A DNA stretch of 64,000 nucleotides from the human T2T-CHM13v2.0 reference genome, Homo sapiens: the NCBI RefSeq assembly GCF_009914755.1, contig NC_060929.1. One strand, 5' to 3'. The notes beneath the pieces are model-generated. The model saw only the letters and a program-made list of their open reading frames with translations. It did no database searches and was not told where the DNA came from. The position numbers and the translations under genes are program-made. Numbering within the stretch: the first letter of the stretch is position 1; each line of letters opens with the position of its first letter. Shown here piece by piece: positions 1 to 16,127 of the stretch.

Positions 1-1269
1 CATGTCCATGCATTTATTCATTCAGCTCTTTAAGGGGTTGTTGCCAATTTTAAGCCTACTAAGAGTCGCCTTTCTCTCACTGTAACGTAGCCCTTTTGCA
101 ATTATTTTTTCACTGATAGCTTTTTGGCCATGAGCTGTTACTTCTTTCTACTGCCTGGAGTCCTTTCCATTACCATTTAGAACTTTGAGATTTTTCTTTT
201 GATAAACATTCTCACAATTCTTCCTCAATTCCAGCCATAGCAATTCCAAATTATTTGCTGGCATTCATAATTAAAATTCTTACTTGGCATCATAGTGGTT
301 CCTTCAAATGCCTCATAAACAAACATTTCTTGTAATTGCAAAACATCTACCTAGAAAGTTGAGGGAAAGGAGTGGTGGCAATGGTTTCTTTTTTCAGTGT
401 TAATCAGAGAAAGACTGAAAGTGATGCTTTATGACTAAACTTTTGAAGAAATGAGACTATTCAAGTTGTTGAAGTCTTTGGAATCTGTGGTTAGCGTTAA
501 GCAGACACTTCCGACATTCTTTTTTATTATCTTGACTAAATTTTTAAAATTTAAGTATGCCAAGTGATGAAATTTAAAATTTCTGAATAATTTTAACTTT
601 AAATATCATAAAATATGCACTTAGATCTCATATCCTAGTTCATCTGTGAATGCAAAACATAGCAATGAGTTATCATCTTGATTACCAAAAAGGAGAAAAA
701 GTTCTGAGCAACAGTGAATCAAGATCGGTGTGAACACAAAGAGGGGGAAAAACACTACAGCAAAGTACAGGGAAACAGACAGTGAAAAACATCTATTTTT
801 TTTTTTTTGACCAAATGAGAGTCAATTAAAAACTCACAAAATATAAAAAAGAAAGATCAATGTAACTCAGACCACAGTGAAGACTGATTGCTTTACATAC
901 TCCATCTGTCAATAAAATGCGTTTTTGAAATGAGTCTGGAGAGTGAGCAGCCTTGCTCCTCTTCCCTGGCCACCCACTCTTGCAGCCTCCTAGGACCGTG
1001 TTAATTTGGGACACAGTGCAGGTGCTCTATCCACATAACACCAGACCGGGTGGCTGACCGGGGAAAAGTTCAGTGCATTGTGTGTCTGACCTCCAAAGAA
1101 AGACTGGTTTGATAGTTAATATTTTGAATTGACTGACTTTGGTGATTGACTAGAAGAGCCCAGGTTTGCATGAAATCAAATAAAGGGAGCAAAGTAGGAA
1201 AATCAACCTTTGATGCTGAGGACAACAAAGAAAGCACATATCATGGATCAACCAGCAATAATAGCCACC

Positions 1270-1430
1270 GTTTGCTGAATACCTGTTACGTGCCAGGTTC
1301 CTGCTAAATGCTTTAAGGCTCATAACTGCCCTTTACAAAGGTATTATTATCTGCATTTTTGAAATGAGAAAACTGAGGCTGAGTGGAGTGGCTTGCACTG
1401 AGTGGAGTGGCTTGCACAGCCAGGTTCTTC
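1270..1430 (-). mobile_element. MIR SINE fragment
   Basis: MIR core attattatctgcattttt...gagaaaactgaggct. Confidence 0.6.
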
Positions 1431-2187
1431 CTACCACCCTGTAAATGATCTCTGATGTGATTGATAGCTCTCTAATGGTTATTAGCCTTTCCCATGTTGT
1501 ATTGTGGTTATCTGTTTTAATTGCTTCATCCCCTCGTATCATGAGCAGATAGATATTTAAAATGTTTGCATATCCTTGAAATCTAGTCCCTGTTGTACAG
1601 TAAATTTTTTTAAAAAATTGAATACTACAATTTAAGAATTTTGTCCAGTATAGAGGTTTTTAAAAATTGTTTTATTTGTTTATTTCTTGCTATGTATATT
1701 CTAACTGTATGCCTGAGCTGGTTATTTAAATTTCCTAAGTTTTAGATACTTCACCTGTAAAATGGGAATAGTACTACAATTTACAAGAGTTGTAGTGACG
1801 CATACATAAAACAATAAATACCTGCACAAAGTAAGCAACAACAAAAACTACTGCTGCAGAAACGCTCCTATCAAAGTGGAAATTGATCAGTATACTGAAA
1901 ATAAGAAGATAAAGAGTAAAATCATTAAAAAATCATAACCTGAACATTTTTACTTAATATGCATTCATTTCTAATATGTTGGTATAAGACTAAATAGTTT
2001 TTCTTTTAGTATAGTTCCTTTTACTGGAGATTGATATTGTTTTCCCTGTATTTCATAAGGCCTCATCTAATAATTTATAGTTTAACTTTCTCTTAAGTGG
2101 AGTAATATCCTGTTGTGAAGCTGAGTGAACAGTGCATTTACATGTTTACGTTTTTATACTAATCATTAAAAATTCTCTCATACTTAA

Positions 2188-2500
<313 letters not shown>

Positions 2501-3577
2501 TCAACTTTACTTTTCAAATAATTCAAACATGTCTTATAGAAATGATCATTTTTATTTTATATTGATAGTTCACCAGTTGATCTAGTACTTAACTTACCTG
2601 TATAATTATAATAACAATTACATCTGGTGTAAACAAGTTTGCAGACAAACACAATTTGTCTTTGGTAAATAAACAACTCCACTGGTCAGAGCAGTGTGGC
2701 TTGGGTGGTCAGCAGGTCTGAAGAGTCAGTTATGGGAAGGTCAGATAAGATAGTTTCTATTATACATGGTTGTTCTTATTGTCTGTTCTCTCTCTTAACA
2801 TGTAGCACTAATATAGATTTTTACTGCAGATTTTTTGAGAATTTGGAGCAAGGCTGTTATGTGGTACAATACACACAGTAAGATAGCCCAGGACTCTCAG
2901 TTCGCACAAAGATCTATGGCATATGTCACTGCCAACTTGTGCAGCATCCCACTCTCCTTAGTCCCTCACTATGTTTCTTCTCTGGTGACTCAAGCTCTTG
3001 GCATCTATACCCATATTTTCCCTACATGTGCACATCAGCTATTTCTTTTCTTAAATAAAACAAAGCATGCCAGTTGTCTATCAATACTAAAACTTGGTTT
3101 TTAGCCACACAAGTAGACCCATTGCCTATAACCACACCCTTGAAGAGCCAGCCCCCATTCATCCAACCACGCGATGATCTCGTTCAACCCCTCACACCCA
3201 AAGAGAATGCCGCAGTGTCTGGTGGGTCAAATATGCTTTCCAACACACTTGTAGCTTCTATGAAATAGAGTCCAGTTTCAAAGAAGACAGATCTCTATTG
3301 CATGGGCACATCTATGAGTATTTGACAATGTGAAGTAAGAGATTTTCAATCTCACTAAAGTCCCATGAACGACATATAATTCTTCAAATCACATCATCTG
3401 CTCTATGATTCACCTCTTCCTGTATTGATTCTGTGATTCTACTTATTCATATGAGAATACTAAAGTATGATTATTTTATTAGTAATGCTTTCTTCAATCA
3501 GATATTAGAATGGGACTTGACTTGAACAGATGCTGTCAACAAGATATTGCCCTCCTCTATCCTCTCCTCTCCATGAG

Positions 3578-3579
<2 letters not shown>

Positions 3580-3641
<62 letters not shown>
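3580..3641. repeat. (TA)n(GA)n compound microsatellite
   Basis: Direct reading. Confidence 0.95.
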
Positions 3642-3644
<3 letters not shown>

Positions 3645-3669
3645 TAGGTTAGAAAACATGCCATTGAAA

Positions 3670-4100
3670 CAATCAACAAAATTGACAGCAACCATTAACT
3701 AGACCACCCATGTAAAAGAGAGAAGACTCAAATTACTAAAATCAAGAGTGAAAGAGGAGACATCACCACTGACTTTACAATAATTAAAGGAATTATTAAA
3801 TAATTAAAAAATAATAAAAGGGAATACTATGATCCACTATATGCCAACAAATTAGATAACCTAAGTGATGGACAAATTTCTAGAAAGATACAAAACTACC
3901 AAAACTGACTCAAGAAAGAAATCGAAAATTTGAATAACCCTGAACAAGTAAAGTGGTTGAAATAGTAATTTTAAAAATTCCCGCAAAGAAAAGCCCAGGC
4001 CTAGATTGCCTCACTGAAGAATTCTCTCATACATTTAAAGAATTAATGCCAATACTTCACAAATTCTTCCAAAATATAAAAGAGGATGGAATACTTTCCA
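3670..4100 (+). mobile_element. Old L1 (L1M-type) ORF2 fragment
   Basis: A-rich L1 ORF2-like sequence (tatgccaacaaattagataac, aaagaaaagcccaggcc). Confidence 0.8.
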
Positions 4101-4834
4101 TAAACCTTTTATGACCTTTTACCATTTTCTACTAAAGAGCAGATCAAGACTCCAAGAAAACCTTGTTACTCTGACACACAGGCCTAAATGCTGGCCTCGC
4201 ACCAGCGTGCTTTTGATATTAATGTTTAATTTATAGAAAAACTCTGAACTAATCGTATGCCTCAAAATTGGCCCTTACAGTCTCATGTGCCCATCTCTTT
4301 CTCAATGCCCCTGAACTTAGAGGGATTAAATGGTTTTAATTTCTGGCCCTGTGTCTCACAAAAGCAGTTCATTTTGATTGTCATCTTCTCCCTGATCTGA
4401 AGACGAAGCTTCAACTGGTGTCAATGCTCAAGATTTAGCAGGGGTCAGTGCCTTTTTCAGACCCAGGAATCAAAGCCCTTTAACCTTAGCACAAGGATTA
4501 GTTAATAGAATATTTATACTGCAGAAAGTCCTATGATTCTAACATGTCACAAATTAAAACACTGTGATTTTGTGTTTGAGAGTTACTGTCTGAGGCACTT
4601 CAAACCACAGTATTAATGTAGTTAGGTTACTCTCTACATATATCTAATTGCTAGCATTCTAGTGGCAGAACTGTGACTAAAAGCATCAAAAATGTGATAA
4701 GTTCTATCTCAAACTTATCAAAGTAAGGCAACTAACTTTTATCTCCATCATTTAAAAAATGGTAAATGCAAATATGGGTTTTGGAAATTCAATATGAGGA
4801 TAAATAATCTCCTATCATTTAAATATTATACAAC

Positions 4835-5280
4835 TGTGAACCCCAAATATCTGGGACAGGTCTCAGTTAACTTAGACAGCTTATTTTGCCAAGATTGAGG
4901 ACATGGCCCGTGACACAGCTTCAGGAGGTCCTGACAATATGTGCCCAAGGTGATTGGGGCACAGCTTCATTTTATACATTTTAGGATGACATGAGACATC
5001 AATCAATATATGTAAGATGTACATTCCCATCCAGAAAGGAAGGACAACTCAAAGCAGGGAGGGGGTTCCAGGTCACAGGTAGGTGAGAGACAAAGGGTTG
5101 CAGTCTTTTGAATCACTGATTAGCCTTTCCAAAGGAGGCAATCAGATATGCATCTATCTCAGTGAGCAGAGGAATGACTTTGATTAAAATGGGAGGCAGG
5201 TTTGCCCTAAGCAGTTCCCAGCTTGACTTCTCCCTTCAGCTTAGTGATTTTGGGACCCCAAGATTTATTTTCCTTTCACA
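4835..5280 (-). mobile_element. MER4A-type solo LTR
   Basis: TG...CA ends (TGTGAAAGGAAAATAAATCTTGG on minus), 4-bp TSD CAAC/CAAC. Confidence 0.85.
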
Positions 5281-5510
5281 CAACAAAAAGAAGGCAAAAT
5301 AAGAACAAGCACAGAGTAATTTCTTTTCAGCTATTTCAGCCATCATCACATATTTCCAAGACTAGTTTCTAGATACAGTACTGACAACTGATTAGATAAC
5401 TTTCATCACTAAAATCTTCAAACAAGTGCAACACTTGTACATATTTTGTTTTCAGATACACACATGAAGGTCCATCAGTGATAAACAGCTTGGGACCAAA
5501 GATCACTAAA

Positions 5511-5610
5511 TTTTTTTTTTTTTTTTGAGACAGAGTTTCTCTCTGTCACCCATGCTGGAATGCAGTGGCTCCATCTCGGCTCACTGCAACCTCTGCCTCC
5601 TGGGTTCAAC
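5511..5610 (-). mobile_element. Truncated Alu fragment
   Basis: Poly-T followed by gagacagagttt...ctcactgcaacctctgcc. Confidence 0.85.
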
Positions 5611-6049
5611 CAGTTAAGTGAATGTCACTTAATTTTAATAATGGTAAACACAACTAAATTAGTTTGAGAAAAATCTCAATCAATATAATTTCCTTAAGAA
5701 CAAGGCCAATGTTTCCTGAACATTAAAACTTTGAACCCACATCACAATTTTTCTTCATTACCTAAAGGAAAAGATCTGAAACAAACTCAAACTATTGATT
5801 GAATAAAATTACCTTGGAAATAAACACCATTTAAACATATTTCTTCTCACCTACTTTTTCAAATAACAAAATGAAGAATACACTATCTCTGCTCAGAACT
5901 TGCAAAAATAAGTCTTATTTTTTTTTGTCACAAACCTTAAAGCTCTTGTAGTTCTCTAGATCATCAGAGGTAAGCAAAACCAACCAAATTTTAAGTGACT
6001 GGTGTGCTCTATCAGTTTTTGCATGCTTGACAAAGGCAACTTAGGAATT

Positions 6050-6535
6050 CTAGATATATACATCTAGAATATATAGAGATGTATATATATCTAGAATGTC
6101 TAGAATATATGTAGATATATATCTAGAATGCTAGATATATAGATATATATCTAGCATGCTAGATTTATATATCTAGAATTATATATGTAATATATAGGTA
6201 AAACCCAGTTTTATATATATGTAATATATGTAAAATATATGTATATATTTATATATGTAATATATGTAAAATATATGTATATATTTATATATGTAATATA
6301 TGTAAAATATATATGTATATACTTATATATGTAATATATGTAAAATATATATGTATATATTTATATATGTAATATATGTAAAATACATGTATATATTTAT
6401 ATATATGTAAAACCCATCTATGTGTGTGTGTATATATATAGGTATCTATCTCAGTGAGCAGAGTAATGACTTTGATTAGAATGGGAGGCAGGTTTGCCCT
6501 AAGCAGTTCCCAGCTTGACTTCTCCCTTTAGCTTA

Positions 6536-6585
<50 letters not shown>

Positions 6586-6752
6586 TTATACACATATATA
6601 CCTGTATATACACATACATATATATACACGCCTATATATACACACACACATATATGGGTTTTACATATATATAAATATATACATATATATTTGTATGTAT
6701 ATGGGTATGTATATATGTATATATAGGTATATATACATATATATATGTAAAA
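6050..6752. repeat. AT-rich low-complexity (TA)n/minisatellite region
   Basis: Repeated tatatgtaatatatgtaaaatatatgta units and TA runs. Confidence 0.9.
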
Positions 6753-8942
6753 CACAAAGTAGAACAAACAGCAAATAAATGAAAATTAAAAGCAAAAACA
6801 AATAAAGAGGAAACCACCCCCAAAGTTTTCTCCTACTCAGTTAACCTTGGAAGCTAAAGTGCCACCCAGAGCCTAAAAAAAGAACATGATAGATATTTCA
6901 CTCCTGATACACAAATTAATGTATTTAAGTCCACCAATACCACTATGCATTTTGGGCAATTAAGAAATTCACTTTAGGCATATGACCAGTAAGTACCTCA
7001 GTGCTAACACTATCTATGCAGAAGTGTAAATACAGTGTGAAAAAAAGTAATGCAAGCATGTATGTGAAATTGGGCTCCACGTTAAATCTGGCTTCATGCT
7101 TTAACTATATTAAAAAAGAATTGACTGCCAATATATTTCATTACAATATTTCTTAATTTACCTTCATCAAAACTAAAAGCTTTAACTGCAAGCAATGTTA
7201 ATTAGCCAAATTTCTCCAATTTTCTATCAGGTTTTAAAGAACATTTTACTACCTAAATTTTTTCAACTTTCTATTTTCTCTGTATGTGCATGAAGATTGA
7301 CACCCAGAGAAAAAGGAAAAAACTATATATCACTTACACAGACCATCTATGGTATGCCTGGGCTTTCTGTTTTGTCTTAAATTTTCTTTTCTGTTTTAAA
7401 TAACCAGTCATTTTACTTTAGGACAAAAATTCACCATACAAAATCCTTTCTCATACAAAATTATTCTATTTTCTTTATGACCTTTCTTACTAAAAATACA
7501 ACTTTATATCCATAACTTTCTTCACATCTGTCTCCTCTACTTACTGGTTTCTTTCTACCTTGTTTTATAAATAACCTTTTCAAGTCTATAATTTGAATCC
7601 ACCTTAAGATAACTTCTGAGTCAAAAGTATTCTTTTTCTCACTAAGAACACATTTTCTTTGGCGCATTTTATATACAGAATTGTACATTAACTAGAATTT
7701 TTATCTTTAGTAACCTTAAATTTCAGGGAATCCTTAGGAAGCAAGAAATCCTGAACTATCAGATATTAGCATTTTATAGATAAGAACAATTTCACAACTT
7801 TTAGAAACACATTTCCCCATATCATAACCCTTTCTTAATTGGAAAAGACTCAGGCATCTAATGAGCATCAAAAATAATTTTAAGATTTTAAATTACACAA
7901 AAAGTTCACCTATAGCACTTACTCATTTACATTTTATTTGTTTTATCAGTTTATCTAGATTATTTACACATCATTTATTTGTGTTAACCATTTGATAACC
8001 TGTCAATATCAGGTATTCACCTAAATAAGAACCTTAAAGTTAACTACATGGACATTTTCACCAATAACTCAGAATATTCAGCTGTTTTCATTAAGCCAAC
8101 AACATTAATTAGACTTAGTTATCAAAAGAGTCACACAAAGATCATTTTGCTTTGGCTGGGTTTACAGTTTTACAATCTTCTGTGGCAAACCTTGATATCT
8201 CAAAATATCTAGCAAAGACAAACATAAAATCCAGACAAAGATGTATGCTGACAATTCTGAAGACATTTCTATTTTTATTTTACCAATAATTTTAAAGACA
8301 ACTTGTTTAGTAAAGAACATGAATTTGAAAACTGCTTGGATTTATTTATTTGATTTATGAGCACTCTTTTATTTATAAGCCAATTTGGTAGACACAATAT
8401 ATAACAAAATAAATATACACACACATAAACACATCTAGATATGTATACATGCACATGAACCAAAGATCCAATAGCTTTTACCTTGGAACTCTACCCATGA
8501 GATAGCAATACAAACTCACCAGTCTATAAACATGTTCACATGGCTGAACTTTGTTAGCCCTGATAGGTAATCCAGTGAAGTCTGTGAATCAAAATTTTGG
8601 GTAAAGCAGTTTCCATAGCAGTTTGATTTTTAAAAGTCAAATCTCTCCAACTCTAAAGAGCACTGGGGCCAAAGAGCACCACAGAGGAATACCACCTGAA
8701 ACCTACTAACCAGATCCAACCCTGCTTAGAACAGCAACATAAAAGCCTGTTCTTTTATGGGAAATCCATCTCACTTTCCCATTCAACAACAAACTTCAGA
8801 TTCCAAAGAAAACTGGAGCCAAACAGTATTACAAAAAGAATGTCAGTTTACCAAATTCTAATTTTCCATGACTGTATCAAACACACACAATCACCAAAAC
8901 ACAATCCAACTGCTGCAGCAACAAACAAGCACCAAGAGTGTC

Positions 8943-11535
<2,593 letters not shown>

Positions 11536-12066
11536 GTGTCCAAACTGAGACAGTTGAGGTGCTTCCTTTATCCCTCAGTTGGGCTTGATCAACCTGCAAA
11601 AAAAATTCCTTAGGAATTTCCCAAATTGAAAGGAGCCAATCCCACTGTCTGCTACCCACAAAAGACACTCACTTGCCTGGACACACATACAACATACAGT
11701 TACAAACAAGTCCCCAAGAGTTTTCATACTGAAACAGTCAGTGTGCGTCCCTCTCTTAGTCAGTTGGGTTTGTTCAACCTATAAATGGAAATGCCTTTAA
11801 AAATGTCCCTGAGTGAATGGAGCAGATCCTGCTGTCTGGATCCACAAAGGACATTCATCTATCCAGATGCAGATGTCATATTTCAAGGGCTTTATTTCCT
11901 AGGCAATCAGGAACATGGTTGGGGCCAGCAACAGCAAAGCCTGAGAAAAATGAGAAGTTATCACCAGCCAAAATTGAGCAGACAGCTGCTTAGGAAGGCT
12001 TCTGAGACTGCTGACACACAGCAGCCCAGCCATGAGCAACATGGTCATGGTCAGGGAACTAAAATC

Positions 12067-12808
12067 TGTTACCAAAACACCAGGGGTTCAGTTGAGGTCC
12101 TGCTGCTCATCACACAGAAAGCCAATTACTGAGACAATTTTTGCCAAGGAAGAAGGCTTTAATTGGGTGCTGCAACTGAGGAGATGGGAGATAAGTCTCA
12201 AGTCCATCTCCCTGACTGACTAAAATTAGAGGGCTATGCAGCAGGGAAGAAATGTAACTATGTATGGGAAAACAGGAGCTCAGGAGGGCTAAGGAAGCAA
12301 TCATAATGAATGAGGGGCCATTATCTCCTGAGTTTCACGTCTTTGATGCCTTTTGAGAGGACTAAACTCATTGTCTGGCTCTGCTTCAGAAGAAAAGTAT
12401 CAATTTCTATGTTTATAAAAAGAAATAATAACTGATTATGGCAGATGTCCCAGACTTTTTGGCACCAGGGACTAGTTTCGTGGAAGACAATTTTTCCACA
12501 AAGTGGGAGCAGGGGATGAAATTGGGTTGAAACTGTTCCACTTCAGATCATCAGGCATTAGTTAGATTCTCATAGGAAGCACGCAACCTAGATCCCTTGC
12601 ATGTGCAGTTCACAATAGGGTTCACACTCCTATAAGAATCTAATGCTGCCACCGATCTGACAGGGGTCAGGGCTCAGGCAGTAATGCTCACTCGCCTGCT
12701 ACTCACCTCCTGCTGTGTGTCCTGGCTCCTAAGAGGCCACAGAGCAGTACCAGTCTGTGGCCCAGGGACTGGGGACCCCTGGTCTATGGGACTATTGGAT
12801 CTGTTTCA
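12067..12808 (-). mobile_element. ERV1 LTR (LOR1-like)
   Basis: TGAAACAGATCCAATAGTCCCATAG...GGTAACA on minus, adjacent PBS. Confidence 0.65.
12442..12781. mobile_element. MER1B hAT-Charlie DNA transposon
   Basis: CAG...CTG termini, degenerate 8-bp TSD gattatgg/gtctatgg. Confidence 0.85.
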
Positions 12809-12809
12809 A

Positions 12810-13820
12810 TCAAAGCACACAACAAAGGGATAGGAAGGAAATTCCTTAACCTGATAAAGGACATCTAAGAAAACCCCGTAGCTAAGGGCATGTTTAATGG
12901 CAAAAAAAACCTGAATACTTTGTCCGTGAAATCAGGAAAAAGACTGACAAATTCTATTCTACATTGTCCTGGAGAGTCTAACCAGGACAATTAGCCAAGT
13001 GAAAGAAGTAAAAAGCCTCCAGACTGGAAGAAAGAAGTAAAACTATCACCATATGCATAAACATGATTCTAGATATAGAAAATTGTCTACATTCACAAGA
13101 ATCCACAAGGAAAAAAGAAACCCACAAGAAAAAATCTATTAGAACAAATAAATTAGTTCAGAAAAATTGTAGGATATAAGATAAATATACTAAAAGCAAT
13201 TGTATTTTTATAGCAAGCAACTGACAGTATGAAAAGGAATTAAGAAGACAAATCCATTTGTAATAACATTCAAAAGAAAAATAAATACTTAGGATTACAT
13301 TTAACAAAAGAAGTGAGAACTATGAAACACTATTGAAAACAATGTTTTAAAACTTTAAGAATGGAAAAATATTCTGTGCTAATGAATTAGGAGGTTTGAT
13401 ATTATAAACGGCAATGCTCTCAAAATTGACCTTCAGATTTAATGGAGTTCTGTCAAATTCCAGCAGCCTTTTTTTATAAATTAGTAAATTAATCCTAAAA
13501 TTTATATGAAAATGCAAGAGACCTAAAATATGTAAAACAATCTTGAAAAAAAAGGAAAAATAAAATTGGAGATCTTAATTTCCCAATTTCAAAACTAACC
13601 ATAAAGTTATAGTAATAAGGACAGTGTAGTGCCGCAAGAAGAGTAGATATATAGATGAATGGAATAGAATTACGAATCTAAAAAAAATAACCGTGTATAA
13701 TGTGGTTAATTGATTTCAGGCAAGAGTGGCAAGACAGCTGAAAGGAGAAAGAGCAGTCTTTTCAACAAGTAGCTTTTCCATCAACTGGATATACACATCC
13801 AAAAGAATTAAGTTCCTATA
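12810..13820 (+). mobile_element. Old L1 ORF2 fragment (continuation)
   Basis: L1-like aacctgataaaggacatc, aaatacttagga, gatgaatggaatagaat. Confidence 0.8.
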
Positions 13821-13823
13821 TAA

Positions 13824-14112
13824 TTTTTTTTTTGAGATGGAGTATCACTCCGTAGCCCATGCTGGAGTGCAGTGGTATGATCTCCTCTCACTGCTACCTC
13901 CACCTCCTGAGTTGAAGCAATTCTCCTGTCTCAGCCTCATGAGTAGCTAGGACTACAGGCACCCACCAGTACGCCTGGCTAATTTTTGTATTTTTAGTAG
14001 AGACAGGGTTTCACCATGTTGGCCAGGCTGGTCTTGAACTCCTGACCTCAAGTGATCTGCCTGCCTTGGCCTCCCAAACTGCTGGGATTACAGGCGTGAG
14101 CCACTGCACCCA
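13824..14112 (-). mobile_element. AluS
   Basis: Alu consensus motifs. Confidence 0.93.
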
Positions 14113-15189
14113 ACACAGTTCTATATAATTTGTACATGATGATATTCTTTCTAGAGAAGTCGTGAGGAGAACCTTGGGACTGCTGGTGTGCTTCGGGTCT
14201 CCAGCAATAAGATTTTTCAGTAGGAAAGCCAAAGGCTGCCACCTTCCAGGCCTCGAACGAGGGTACAGCTGGTGAGAAGGTGATGGAAGGGGATGGAGCA
14301 GCTGCACAGCCAGGCAGTTGTTCTTAACATCTTTGAGGTCACAGACACACGATAACAAGGAAAAGCTACAAATATCTCTAGAAAAATGGAGAGCAAGTTT
14401 TGCACACTATCGTGAGGGGTTTCCTGCCCCTCCCACCCCAATCTATGTTTGGGACCCAAGTTAGAGCACAGATGGATGTGCCAGTAAGAACAATGCTCTG
14501 ATCTGGTCTGGCTTCTCCAGCAACAGAGCTTCAGGTAATTGCTAAGTCCTGAAGAAGAAATATACACCTTTGGCCATTCATATGGGGCTGGAAATTTAAA
14601 AAAAGAAAATCTCTTCTCTTATTCTCACCACAAATTTGTACCTGAGGGGCTGAAGGAACCAACATGAGAGTGCTGAGTGAGGAGAATGGCAACCTCCCTC
14701 TGCTTAAATCTGTTTTGTGTTGTGGTTCTCTGCATGGAATTTTGTTTGGAAAGTAAATGAATTCTACTGCTTAAAAAGCTCTGAATTCCAATGAATAGGG
14801 CATGCATTTAGAATCGCACTTGGGTCCCAATTCTATTCCTGCAAGTGCCTCTCACCTACACTATCCTAACCTGCAAAATGGGAGAATGACATTACTTTAG
14901 AGAGTTACTCTGTGACGGAAGAACATGGTTCAGTGCCTGTCACACAGATATTTGGTGCATGTGAGTTTTCTTCACTATCTGCTTTAATCAAGAAGATAGC
15001 AAATATGGCAAGTGATATCAGAAAATATTTAACCATGTTTCTCCTTCCCCCATTAAATTCACCCTTTGTCCCTCTCCCACCAGTTACCCATTGCTCCAAG
15101 CAAAAATTGTCGTCCTAGAATACAGACTTTAAATTCCTGCCCTTGGTCTTTGAGATGCATGCGTTTGCATGACCACTAAATATACAACT

Positions 15190-15660
15190 CTTGCAGAAGC
15201 TGCTGCTTCTCTTAACATCCATTCTCTCCTTCTTTCTTTAACTAATAGTACCTCCAATTTTAGTTGGGCATATAGCAAACCTCTCTTCAGACTGTATTAC
15301 CCTTCATCTCTTGCAGCTAAAGTGCCCACAGTGACTACTTTCTGGCCACAATGTTATGAGCAGAAGTAACTTTCAGATCATGTCCTTAAAAGGGAACCCC
15401 GTCACTTTCTCCTTTTTGTCTACTCTCCCAGAGAGGAAATGGGATCATGGTGCTGGTAAGCTAACCTCAAATCAATACGTAGACAAGAGCAGCCACCTAG
15501 GAAATGAAATATAGACCGGGTTCCTAATTGTGTGAGCTCACGGAGCTGCCTGCCTGCTGTGGATAATCCACTAATTGAGAGAGCAATAAATTTGCATCCT
15601 TGCTAGAGCCGCTATGTTTGTGGGTCTCCCTGTTTTGGCAGCATAGCTCAACTAACACAT
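15190..15660 (+). mobile_element. Ancient ERVL/MaLR-type LTR
   Basis: Degenerate LTR-like motifs (cttgcagcta, ttctggcca, aataaa...taaca). Confidence 0.45.
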
Positions 15661-15894
15661 ATAACAAAAAAAAAATCCTTTATTAAATTCCAAAGTTTCC
15701 TAAGACCGATGATAAAGTGAAAGCAAAAGTTGGCAGTACATTACCATTTTCTTGGAAAGCCTCTGGAAAGAATGATTGTATCTTAATCACTTAGCCCAGG
15801 GGTATGCAGTGTGACCAAAGACAGAGCCCTTGTTCCTGCTTTTTTAGGAACACCTGCTGATTCTCTGTGACAATTCCATGAGCAGTATAACTGA

Positions 15895-16127
<233 letters not shown>

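Noticed and set aside
6515-6823. Y/I/H/T-rich ORFs (also at 52709-53042)
   Set aside because: They are translations of TA/CA microsatellites.
14160-14570. ORF-like unique segment (similar one at 16159-16766)
   Set aside because: I found no recognisable protein homology, poly-A tail or TSD, so I cannot call a gene or pseudogene.
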